Shown here in pieces: positions 25,830 through 37,500 of a stretch of 64,000 nt of DNA. This DNA is from Octopus bimaculoides (Eukaryota). The position numbers were made by a program, and so were the translations under genes. The DNA lies in the NCBI RefSeq assembly GCF_001194135.2, contig NC_068987.1:184879-248878 (forward strand). The letters run 5' to 3'. The notes beneath the pieces were generated by a model, which did no database searches, was not told the DNA's origin, and saw only the letters and a program-made list of their open reading frames with translations. How positions within the stretch are numbered: position 1 is the first letter of the stretch; each line of letters begins with the position of its first letter.

Positions 25830-26402
25830 GAGACCAGCGAAAATCAAAGCAATATTTGCTGTGAAGAGACAATCAAATCCAAACACGACAATCAATTAAA
25901 ACTCTCCCACCCCCTTAATGAATCGAATGTCCGAAAGAAGTTGTTTTTCGTAGACAAAATATAACATCAATTAACATAATCTGTAGGACTTTATTAAGAA
26001 TGAATATTTTCATAAGTTTTGATTAAATCAAAGAATCTATTCGGTCAGCAAATAACTCGATTTCCCTAAGGACCAAAATTGAGTAGAATTGTTTAGTACA
26101 GATTATTTAAAAGATTGAATAAAGCTTTCGTCATTTTAACAATTAAAACAAATGAAAAATACTAGATTTATCCGTTTAACAATTAAAGTTTTGGATTTGT
26201 ATTTTTTATGCGGTTTTTCTATTTTATGTATCATACATGTAAAATACATTAAAAAAATTACGTTTTAGGTTTCAAAAGTCAAACTACGTTTTATCTTGGT
26301 GCTACGCATGTGTGTGTGTGAAAGGTGGAGCATCAGAATTTTGTCACCGTAAGTCTCAGTAATTAAAATGAAAAACATATTCCATCTTAGCAGACCCTCT
26401 AT

Positions 26403-26494
26403 GGCGAAGGTAAAGAATACGTACACCAGGTGTTTAGGGTTAGTTGTAGGGGTTACGCCGAAAACCGGTGGTGTATGTATTCTTTACTTCCGCC
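26403..26494. mobile_element. 92-bp hairpin MITE with a 9-bp TSD-like flank, in the 3' region of caspase-like gene 2
   Basis: ggcgaaggtaaagaatacgtacacca / tggtgtatgtattctttacttccgcc; flanks accctctat and accttctat. Confidence 0.8.
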
Positions 26495-26523
26495 ACCTTC
26501 TATAAAATAAACTTCATTTAATT

Positions 26524-27255
26524 CTAATTACGTTCAAATTTCAGTTGCTTCGTTAACGTTGACATAATATAGGGTATTTGTTCACGGCCTCTGGTTTCCT
26601 CTTTAATACAGTTAGAAACAGCTGCCAAAATTGTCATAATATCATACGTGTTACCATATTCTTCCAGAACTTGCTTTAAAAATTGCATAAAATATGAGCT
26701 TCTTGTGCTATTATTGTCAGACGCACAAACGATGAGCATATCTGCAGTGCGTGGAATTGTATGCTCTTCTTCAAATCCAAAGCGGTCAGCATCGCATTTT
26801 TCGATAGCATTTTCGTCCTTCGAACAAGGAGTTGTTACTACAAAAATTAATTTGGGTTTACCTTTTAAAGATGGCACTTTTCTAAGTATTTCATTTAACG
26901 ATATAACACTGTCGTATGTTCGGATATAATTTCCTGGGTGCATATAACTTAGAAATGCACAAACAAAGCAATCCACGTCACGATCCTGAAACACTTCATC
27001 AAACTTTGATATTTCACTGGTTGACATATCAGTGTATTCAGTGATATTATCTGCCAGAAATCCAAGCCTTATTAATGCCTGTTTCAATAAATCTTTGTCT
27101 TGGGACGAAGCATCACGAGTTCCGTTGTTAGCGAAATTCGCATTGCTGAAAATATGGGCGAAACTGTTTTTTGTCGGCATTGGATCGTAATAACTATAAA
27201 AGCCCATAACATCTTCCTCCGCCGCCATGTTTAAACGTTTCACCGATGCACACAA
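26524..27255 (-). CDS. Caspase-like pseudo-protease 2 (intronless, no prodomain); likely start at the second ATG, 27228 (234 aa)
   Basis: TRDASSQD, DCFVCAFLSYMH, SLKGKPKLIFVVTTPC, ADMLI, EQIPYIMSTLTKQLKF; aaacATGG context at 27228. Confidence 0.85.
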   Translation of the reverse strand: MCASVKRLNMAAEEDVMGFYSYYDPMPTKNSFAHIFSNANFANNGTRDASSQDKDLLKQALIRLGFLADNITEYTDMSTSEISKFDEVFQDRDVDCFVCAFLSYMHPGNYIRTYDSVISLNEILRKVPSLKGKPKLIFVVTTPCSKDENAIEKCDADRFGFEEEHTIPRTADMLIVCASDNNSTRSSYFMQFLKQVLEEYGNTYDIMTILAAVSNCIKEETRGREQIPYIMSTLTKQLKFERN

Positions 27256-28005
27256 TTGAGGTCGTCACCCGCAACGGATTAGTATCAGTCAAATAATTGT
27301 TTCGAATTCTGACAGCAAAGCCAGCAACGTTAAGGATCTAGGGTGTAGTCCGTTACATGGATTCCAGTGCTTAAACGGTACTTTTTTTTTATCACCCTCG
27401 GAAGGACGAAAAGTACAGTTAAAATGGACAGAATTTGAACTCAAAACATAAAGAGCCGGAAGTACTTCCGCTATGTATTTTGCCTGACGTAATAACAATT
27501 CTACCAGATGACCATGCTAAAGAGGTACATTCAACCATTCTTTCACAGAGTGTGTATATAAGTACCAGTTGAGCACTGGGGGGGGGGATGTCGTCGATGT
27601 AATCGACTTAACTACTCCTGTATAGGAGTATAAAGATTGCACACCTCTGCCAAGCCAACGTCAGAGAGAAGGCTCATTAGCACAGTATGAATGTCGAGCT
27701 CAAATTCACAGCCCCCACGTCAGACCTTCGGTCGAGTGAACATACTGAAGCCCTTGCCCTGCAGTGATCGGAACATGGGCGTCTCCCCAAGTGTACCAAC
27801 CCTTAATTTTGTTTCCCTATGTTCTTGAAAATAGATATTTTTTCAGGAAATTTTCTAGAAATCAGCTTCAGATGAGGTAGATTTCGTTTATAATACAATT
27901 TGTTGTGAAAAAGATTCTTCCGTGGGTGAAATTTGTTACAGACACCTTTCAGAGTGTGTAAATTACGATTCTATTTGAATCTGATGTGTGTAAACGGAAA
28001 CGGTG

Positions 28006-28051
<46 letters not shown>

Positions 28052-28084
28052 TTGCAATTTTTTCAAAATTTCAAATTCACTGAT

Positions 28085-29200
28085 TTATGGATGTATCAAG
28101 TAGCATTTGATATAGACAAAGCGTTTCATGCTGGTCTTCTCCATAAACTCTCTACCTTTGGCATAAGTGGAAAGGTCTTTGATGTTGTCACTACATTTCT
28201 TTCTGGTTGTTGTGTGTCACTCTGGACAACATTACTTCTGAGCATGCCATCATCAATGCTGGCGTTTTTTTGTCCCAAAGCTCTATAGATCCAATTCCAT
28301 TACTCTTTTTAGATGAATGATCCATTCTGCCAATGTTCTTCAATCCATCAATGTTTACACTGATGATGACATTATTTTGGCTTTTTTGGAAATCGCTTTC
28401 ACTTGACACGGCTGGAATTTGGTACTAGTCTTGGGGGTGGATCTGCAGGCTATTAAAAAGTGGGGTGAGAAATGGCTAGTAGCTTTCAACCTTGGCAAGA
28501 CCAAACTTGTCTTTCAGTAGGAAACATGACCCCTATCTTTCTCTCATTTACATGAATTACAGGTGTGAGGTATCACATGATGAGACAATCAAACCAGTTG
28601 GGGAAAGGTCTTCTTCGAGTCTGCTTGGTTTTACTTTCTCACCTGAACTTTCTTGGGGTTCTTACAATCAGTTGGTTGGTCTGCTTCCCATAAAATTGGG
28701 TCACTGTATTGGTCAAAGGACTAGCTCACATCCGAGGCCATTTTGTATCTTTACAAGTCCAGAATTTGTCCTTGTATGGAATACTGTTGTCATATTTGGG
28801 TAGGTGAATCATCTCTGGTACTTATATACACAGTCTGTAAAAGAATGGTTGAATGTACCTCTTTAACATGGTCATCTGGTAGAATTGTTATTGCTTCCAC
28901 TCTTCAACTTTGCAACTCTTGTCACATCAACATATGTTATTGTCACAGCTCTGATTGATTTTCTCTTTAATTCCAGATCACTTTGCGCCCTCTTTTGCTG
29001 ATTTCAAACTCACAGCATCTTCAACCAAATGCTGTTGTGCTTCCGTGAATAAGGAAATCTTTTTCCAGGCATAGATTTTTTCCTCAAACTGCCAGACTTT
29101 AGGACTCTCTTCCATCTCATTATTTTCCCCCTTCTTAGGACCTTAACTCTTTCAAATATAAACTAGGTTCATTCCATTCATTTCAATTTCTCCTTCAAAG
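28085..29200 (+). mobile_element. Highly decayed CR1/Jockey-like LINE RT fragment
   Basis: VAFDIDKAF..GLLHKL..FGISG, tttacactgatgatgac (ADD-like), LLGFTFSPELSWG, IYLYKSRICPCMEYCCHIW. Confidence 0.8.
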
Positions 29201-29644
29201 TCTTTTATTCTAAGTGAATGCTCACTTTGTTTAGGACTTTCCTATAAAAAATATAAATAAATAAATGTGGCTATTGGAGAAGCATAGGAGTTAACAGAAA
29301 GATCTTAAATTTTGTACATTAGCTGAGAATATCTATAACTGATTGCTAAAATATAGCATGTAGTTGTTACAAAATAATATTTGGTTAAATTGTTCATTTG
29401 GAATCACAAGCAGAAGGAAGAATGAAATAAAGAATTATGGACAATGGAATGTGAAATCATGCAGAGTTTGAGTAAGTGGAGAATAGGGGAAGCAAATAAA
29501 TATTTCAGAGACGTATACAGAATGTTTATGAATTTGTTTTGCAAGATTCCTGATGTGAAGTCGTGTGTTCAAACAGATATTGTTGTATTTCGGGATGGTC
29601 ATTTTATTTATTTATTTTTTATCAAATAAACACACACACACACG

Positions 29645-29690
<46 letters not shown>

Positions 29691-30639
29691 TCATCATCAT
29701 CGTTGTTTAACGTCCGCTTTCCATGCTAGCATGGGTTGGACGATTTGACTGAGGACTGGCGAACCAGATGGCTGCATGAGTGAATTACAATTGAGGTATG
29801 CATGTATCATGTGGGTGTTCTATTTGTTGACCAATCACCTTTCAGAAAATCATGCCCCACCCGTCAAACACATCATTTCAGATGTGTTTGAGATTTGTGC
29901 TCATTTTCACTAGTTAAGCAGGTTAGTGCCAAAAGCTTTGCAGAATTCTGATGGCATTCAAGTAAGAAATGTCTCAGCTCTCACCAAGCAAATCAAGAAA
30001 AAAGCTTCAAAACTTTTTGACAGTCTCACAACTTCCAGGTAACTAATGGCCAAGCAAATTCACCTGAGTTGGTCCTTACATCCTAATTTTGCTACCAGGG
30101 AGCATTTGATAATTCATGCCTTCATGCTCATCTTTCCCTTAATAAAATCTGTTGTTAAACGTTTACAACTATGAAGGTGCCTTAGTGGTTACTGTATTCG
30201 ACTCACAATTGTAAGGTTGTGAGTCTGATTCCTGGTTATGTCCTTCAGCAAGACACTTTATTTCATGTTGCTCCAGTTCCCTCAGCTAGCAAAAGGGATT
30301 TGTACCTGCATTATGAAGGGCCAGCCTTGTTACACTCTGTACCACACTGAATCTCCCTGAGAACTACATAAGGGTACACGTGTCTGTGGAGTGCTCAGTT
30401 AGTATGTGCAACCAGCTTAATCTCACATCATGATTTGTATAGCATCAACTCTGACAATGGTAACAAGAAGAAAAAAATACCATTGTGTGACAGATTGACA
30501 GTCACTAGATATTTTACAGTTGTATCCTTTCCAATTAGGCTCCTTTGAAATATGTTTGCAGTTAGTATTATTACTAAGATACCCATCTCAGATTGAACTG
30601 GGTCTGACAGACTCATATCCCTCGTATATACTTTCCTCA

Positions 30640-32190
30640 TCATCGTCATTTAATGTCTGCTTTCTATGCTGGCATGGGTTGGACAGTTTGACTAAGAACT
30701 GGCATGCCAGGAGGCTGCACCAGGCTCCAATCTGATCTGGCAAGGTTTCTACAGCTGGATGCCCTTCCTAGTGCCAACCACTCTGAGAGTGTAGTGTGTG
30801 CATTTTGTGTGCCACTGGCACTGACTACACTCTGATGGTGCTTTTTATGTGCCTCCAGCATAGGAGCCAGTCAGGCAGCACTGGTATCAGCCATGCTCAA
30901 GTGGTGCTTTTTTACATTGCACTGGCATTGGCTACAACTACAATTTCATTCAGTTCAACAGGTCTTCTCAAACACAACATATTTCCCGACGATTGAAGAG
31001 TGCTTTTAAATGGGCCAGTTATGCAATACTAGCATTGGCCACAGCTACGATCTCACTTGGCTTGCCAGGTCTTCTCAAGCACAGCATATCGCCAAGGGTC
31101 TTGGCTGCTTATCATTGACTCTGAGGCCCAACATTTGAAGGTTGTATTTCACCACCGCTTCCCATGTCTTCCTGGGTCTACCTCTTCCACAGGTTCCCTC
31201 CACTGTTAAGGTGTGACACTTCACACAGCTGTCCTCATCCATATGTAACACATGACCATACCAGCACAATCGTCTCTCTTGCACACCAGATTTGATGCTT
31301 CTTATGTCAAACTTTTTTCTCAGGGTACTTACACTCTGTTGTATATGCACACTGAAATTACACATCCAGTGAAGCATACTAGCTTCATTTCTTGCAAGCT
31401 TACACATGTCCTCAACAGTCACAGCCCATGTTTCACTGCCATGTAGCATGACTGTTTGCATACATGCGTCATACAGTCTACCTTTCACCCTGAGCGAGAG
31501 ACTCTTTGTTACTAGCAGAGGTAGGAGTTCCCTGAACTTTGCTCAGGCTATTCTTATTCTAATGGCAATGCTCTCAGAGCATCTACCCCCATTACAGACT
31601 TGGTCATCTAGGTAACAGAAGCTATCAACTACTTCTATTTTTTTCCCCCTAGCATGTGACGGAAGCTGTTTTCTGCACATTTTCAGTGTTTATTGCACCT
31701 GTGCACATTTGCCACACACAAAAACTATCTTCCAGTTAGCCTTCCTTTGATATTGCTGCACCTCATGTCCATAGCTTATACCAGGTACATCTTATGGAGT
31801 TTCTACCTACACCCTTTCTACAGATCGAGCAGGGCCATCTACCTGAAGGGGTTTGTGATTTGTCTACCTTCCTATTTATTAAGACTTAGGTTTTTGCTAT
31901 GTTGACTCTAAGGCCCTTCAATTTTAGACCTTGCTTCCACACCTGAAACTTCTCTAGTTCAGGTAGTGACTCAGCTATTAGAGCAAGGTCATTAGCATAG
32001 AGGAGCTCCCAGAGGCAGTCTGTCTTGAATTCTTCTGTGATTGCCTGGAGGACTTTGGTGAATAAGAGGGGCTGAGAACTGATCCTTGGTGAAGCACTAC
32101 TTCTACCTGGAATTCTTCACTATACTTGTTGCCACCCTCACCTTACTGACAGCGTCCCTGTACATGGCTTGTACAACTCTCTCACCAACC
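30640..32190 (-). mobile_element. Decayed RTE LINE 3' half with tail
   Basis: ORF MKGRLYDACMQTVMLHGSETWAVT...GRGRPRKTWE; reverse-complement tail at 30640-30960. Confidence 0.9.
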
Positions 32191-32782
32191 ACTCATCTAT
32201 CCCTAGTTCCTTTATTTCAGAGTATTTTATTGTCACTGTTATATATATTACTCTTCTTATTTTCATTAGAAGTAGTGTGTCGAGAAGACACTCAACAAGA
32301 AATTGAAACAAAAGTGAAAAAAGAAAGACAAAAATGGTTTCAAATTTTGTCCCAAAGCCAGCGATTTTAGGGGAATGTATTTAGTCAATTACATCGACTC
32401 CAGCGCTCAGCTGGTACTTTCTGTTTACCATTTTGGTAAATTTATAGTTTCACAACAGACTCGATTTCGGTAGTAAATAATTTTTTTCTTCTGTGGCTTT
32501 TTTGGGTGCAATCGTCTTAGGTGACCTCGTAAGCTATTGGAAATGCATTTTTTTCTGCGGAAAACGGAGGGTGTGTGTGTGTGGGGGTGTCGGAACCTTG
32601 GAAATTCCCCTTTTGACCCCGTCTTCTGCGTTTTTTTGCTTTCATTGCAATCGTCTTAATTGACCTTATTTCATCGATCCCGAAAGGACAAGATGAGCTC
32701 AGCAAAATTTGAACTAAGAACTTAAAGAAATATTGATGAGCATTTTTTCCGACGCACTAACGATTCTGTCAATAATAATAAT

Positions 32783-32929
32783 AATTCTTTTCTACTCTAG
32801 GCACAAGACCCGAAATTTTGAGGGAGGGGGCCAGTTGATTAGATTGATCCCAGTACCCCCGAAAGGATGAAAAGCAAAGTCCACCTCGGCGGAATTTGAA
32901 CTCAGAACGTAAAGACAGACGAAATACCG
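32783..32929 (-). mobile_element. SINE family B, first segment (split by the 32930-34194 insertion; remainder at 34195-34232)
   Basis: ggatgaaaagcaaagtccacctcggcggaatttgaactcagaacgtaaagacagacgaaataccg continues as ctcagcatctcgcccccggcgtgctaacg after the insertion. Confidence 0.8.
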
Positions 32930-34194
32930 ATTTATTTATTAGGAATAAAGCCCTAAACATAGATGGGGACACCACAAGTACAGACAAGACTACAGTGGGG
33001 ATAAAAATCATAAAACGAATGAAAATGGACGCATGGGCCCCACTCCCATGCAGTACCATTTGAACCGTTATATGTATTATTTACAATTGTTCTTTTTTTT
33101 CCCTTTAATTTCATACTTTTTTTTTGTCTTTAGTAAAACTTCATCAGTGGTTCGATATCTCTCAAATCCACCACTGGTGGAAACTCTTTGAATTCCACCT
33201 CCACCCCTGGTGGGTCAATGTTATCTCCACACATCTCTTTCAATTTTCTGTAGTTCTCTTCTTCTATCAATATTGCCTTCATATCCTCTGCGTAGACGTA
33301 TGAAGGCCCCTTCACTCTTACTATTGAGTGTAACTTGATTATTTTTTTCTGTTTCAACATTTTGTGGGTACGTTACATAATACCATACTCCTACTCCTCC
33401 TTCATGTGGCCCCTTTCTCCACATGTGAAACACACTGGCCGCCTACCCTCCACAGTAACTCTCAGTCTCACATTTTCCGACAGCACAATCTCCTTCACCA
33501 CACTGTTCAAGTCCTCCGTCGTTGCCTGAATCGTCAATTCGATCCCACATCCCCAGCAATCTACCTTCTGGGTCCTTGCTGCCTTCAGTATCATCCCGTC
33601 CTTCGTACTACATATTATGGCTGTCATCAGCCATTCCTCTTTCAATTCGGGTGGCACCTTAACCCACACGTTTTTCACACTACGAGCACCCATTCCTTTG
33701 TGCAGTGCTTTATTGCTTCCTCCTCCGTTGTGAACTGCACCTCCACAGTAGCGTATCTTCTCCCTCTCGTAATGTATGTTGTGAATCTTTTTATATTCTT
33801 AACACATTCCTCTATGGCCTCTCTTGGTGCTATTTCTATATTTCTCGTGGCTGCCTTCATGGTTTTAAATATAACCTTTCTTTTTGTCACGTTGGCCGAT
33901 CGCTCTTCAGGCGGTGTCAGCTTCAAAATGTTTCCTTCCTTTGTGAGTAATTTCTCACTCGCCTTCATCGTTCTAGGCTACACTTTTATCTCGCGGACCC
34001 CCAACTCTCGCTCGTCTAGTCTTCTGCCCGGAGGCAGGCCGCATAACTTGGGCCTGCCTCCGGCTCCTCCTCCATTTTCTCACAATGGGAAACAAAACAA
34101 CAATTAACGAATTAACAACTTTGGCAACAATTCAAAAAACAATGGCAACAAGTCAATAAACAGTTCAACATAAACTCACCTATTAACTTCACAG
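32930..34194 (-). mobile_element. 1.27-kb ORF1-only retroelement (RRM-like region plus CCHC knuckle, no RT), decayed
   Basis: Fragments 33968-33675, 33693-33391 (…VEGRRPVCFTCGERGHMKEE*) and 33360-33130; ends in aataaataaat; inserted within a SINE. Confidence 0.75.
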
Positions 34195-34480
34195 CTCAGC
34201 ATCTCGCCCCCGGCGTGCTAACGTTTCTGCCAATAATAATAATAATACTAATAAAATGATTGTATACAGTGTTTAGGAGCAGAACCCGTCATTATAGGGA
34301 AAGTATTCATCTTTTCGAAAAACATTCAAGCAGTTCTTTGGAAGCAACCTCATGTTTTCCATTCAAAATGCATAACAGAAAGACTTCACGTTACGGAAAG
34401 ACTATAAGTCAGACGACATTTTCATAACACGTGGGAAGGCAGACGACACATTTTCCAACTTCCGCTCCCACAATCCATCG

Positions 34481-34498
34481 CTTCTTCCGCCTTTCTCC
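34481..34498 (+). promoter_or_regulatory. Pyrimidine tract just upstream of the eIF3h ATG (possible 5' TOP); ETS-like ACTTCCG about 20 bp upstream
   Basis: cttcttccgcctttctcc followed by accgcaaaaATG. Confidence 0.45.
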
Positions 34499-34507
34499 AC
34501 CGCAAAA

Positions 34508-34567
34508 ATGGCGACCAGAAAGTCTGCGAAAGAAAGCGTGATCGATTATGTCCAGATCGACGGACTC
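34508..34567 (+). CDS. EIF3H: eIF3h exon 1 ([20 protein letters not shown])
   Basis: aaaaATGG start; CTC|gtaagt donor. Confidence 0.92.
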
Positions 34568-37500
34568 GTAAGTAGTTAACTGTCTTATAATATTATGTCC
34601 AGATTGATTAATTTGTAAGTAATTAACTGTATTGTATTAGAACTTGATTGATTAATAATTAGCGCTGCTCTGCATCACTAATTTCATTATTTAAGTCCCA
34701 CGTTTGTGACAAATAAACGGGAAAATGAGAAAAACTGAATTTAAAATAAAAGAAAAAAGAAACGAGTCCTAGAATCGCAATTACTTTCGATAAAATAGGA
34801 ATTCTGAAAAACGAAGGAAAGCGAGTCCTCTCTCCACGAGGCCGGAGGGAAAAACTGTTTTAAATCTCCACGGATTTCTCATCATTAGACACAAAATACT
34901 TCATCATAAGTGGCAGAGGTAAAGAATACGTGCACCACCCGTTTTCGGCCAAACAAAATCCCTAATCACCGGGTTTGCGTAGTCTTTACTTTCGCCGTTA
35001 TCAGAATCGAATACTTAAATACAACAGTATAAAGACAATTTTCTTTTTGATAGAGACATTGTGTACATTAACAAAAGCAACCATGAAAACATTTTTTAAA
35101 ATGTCATTGTAGCCAAAAAGGGAACATTATGTTATAATCGGCCGTTATTAATGATTTGGCGTTTATTAGTATTTCCTGCCCACCAATTGTGTTCTTATGT
35201 GTAAAGAAAATCCATCACTGTTGGACTTGTCATGCAACCCCAGGTCAGTCCTTATCGAGCAGAAAAAAGACTCAGATGTGATCCAGTCGTGTTCCTTTCC
35301 GCCTCCCACTTTTTTTTAGGGACTAATGTAGCTACAATTTTCTTGAAGGTGGAGAAGCTCTGCGAAATTTCGAAAGTTCAATAAAAGATTTACACCCGTA
35401 GAGATTGAATTCAATAACACCCAACAAATAGAATAATATTAATAGAGTATATTATTAACGTGGAGACGGAATGGCCCTGTGGACAGGGCAGTGGAGTCGC
35501 GGTCGTAGGATGCAAGAGTGAAGACTACTGGTTTGGTCATATGTTGTATATGAATGAGGACAGTTGCTTAAAGAAGTGCCAATCGCTGAAAGTGGAGGGT
35601 ACTCGTGGAAGCTGCAGACCCTGGCACGTCGCCATCATCTCTCTTTTGCACTCTCACCCTCTCGCTCTGTCTCGTCCTTGATCACTGTCTGTCTCTTTCT
35701 CTTTCCTACTGACTTCGGTAACCATGTATCGCCTCTACAGCAAGACACCTGTTTCTATCCTGTCACACTCTAACCTCTCTTCACCTGGCACAAGACAACC
35801 TCCTCCAATACACCCACTCAAGAATCTTTGTTTTGTGAGTTACCTGGTGACCCTGCCAGAGCTGGTGCCATTTAAAAAGCATCCAGGCCACTCTGTAAAG
35901 TGGGTGGCATTAAGAAGGGCATCCAGCTATAGAAACCATCCCAAAACACAGGACTTGGTGCAGCTCCTGTCAAACCATGGAAAATGGACATGCAATTATG
36001 GTGATGATGCACACGACACATCACATCTGTGTGAGAGACTTGTACATATGTAAATATTGTAAGCATCTTAGCAGCACCTATTTGCTGATTGTGTTACTGC
36101 TTTTCCTATCTTCACATTCTTCATGGTGCTTTTGATTAGGGAGTCGACCCAAGTCATACATCTTCCTCATTCAGCAGCTTCTCATAATTATTTCTATGCT
36201 TCTTAGCATCAGTGATGTTGAGTGTTCCTTTTCGTAGGAAATGTTACAAAAGACATTCAAATAGAAGTTTGTAAGGAGTGATGTGTGGTGATGCGTGGGA
36301 CATGTTGTTTTGTCCTGATTGAGTAGACTTCTGATTTTTGTGGGCGCAGTCTTTTATTCAGACACTGTTTATTGAGAGTTGATATTATTCAATATGTTCT
36401 ATTTTTAAAGACAGTAAGGTATGATTTGAGGAATAATTTAGCTGCTATTTGTAGCAGGTGAAGCTGACTGTCTATGGCTCAACTTGCATCGTCGTCATCA
36501 TTTTATATCTGCTTTTCCTGTTGGCATGGATTAGGTTAGACCTTTCCCCACTTGCATTTCATCTAACACCCAAAACGCACGAGGGATGGGGCCACATAAA
36601 AAGTGGTGGTGCTATGTAGAAAATATGCAGTAGACTCTGTAAAATGGTTGGCATTAGGAAGGGCATCCAGCTGTAGAAACTTTGCCAGATCAGACTGGAA
36701 CCTAGTGTAGCTCCTGGTCTTGCCAGCTCCTGTCAAAGTGTCCAACCCTTGCCAGTATGGAAAATGGACGTTAAATCATGTTGAATGATGATGATAATGA
36801 GATATATANNNNNNNNNNNNNNNNNNNNNNNNNNNNNNNNNNNNNNNNNNNNNNNNNNNNNNNNNNNNNNNNNNNNNNNNNNNNNNNNNNNNNNNNNNNN
36901 NNNNNNNNNNNNNNNNNNNNNNNNNNNNNNNNNNNNNNNNNNNNNNNNNNNNNNNNNNNNNNNNNNNNNNNNNNNNNNNNNNNNNNNNNNNNNNTATATA
37001 TATATATATATATATGCAAATGAAATTTATCATGAAGGTAAATAATTTCTTGTCAGTGATTTTGATTTCTTAACGTTTTCTGATTCCTTCCATTCAAATA
37101 ATGTTTATTGTTGTGTTTACTTTTAGGTTGTGCTTAAGCTAGTTAAGCATTGTGTCGATGAAGGTTCTGGTGGAGCTGATTTTGTGCAGGGTGTCTTGCT
37201 GGGGTTGGTTGTTGATAACCGACTGGAAATAACCAACTGTTTTCCCTATCCACGACATCAAGAAGAAGAAGAACTTGATGAGTGTAAGTAGAAATCCTAT
37301 TTCGTATGTGTTCTAGACAAAGCTGCCCTTCCTGGGCCTCTTAAAACTAATGATCTTGCAAACCTATGTTGGTTACTGTAGATATTACATGTGTAACTCT
37401 ACAAGTGTTGTATACTTTGTGTTAAAGCTATACATTTGTTCTGCAGCATGTTCTAGAATCAGAAACAAACACTGCTTGTGCATCTGGTACCCGTGTCAGT

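Noticed and set aside
33364-34107. 247-aa plus-strand ORF
   Set aside because: Antisense shadow of the purine-rich ORF1-like element; low-complexity and no motif.
16670-34508. Functional cluster linking BABAM1 (partner of a JAMM deubiquitinase), the pseudo-caspases and eIF3h (MPN protein)
   Set aside because: The gene starts are about 18 kb apart with no shared promoter visible. Adjacency alone is not evidence of co-function in a metazoan genome.
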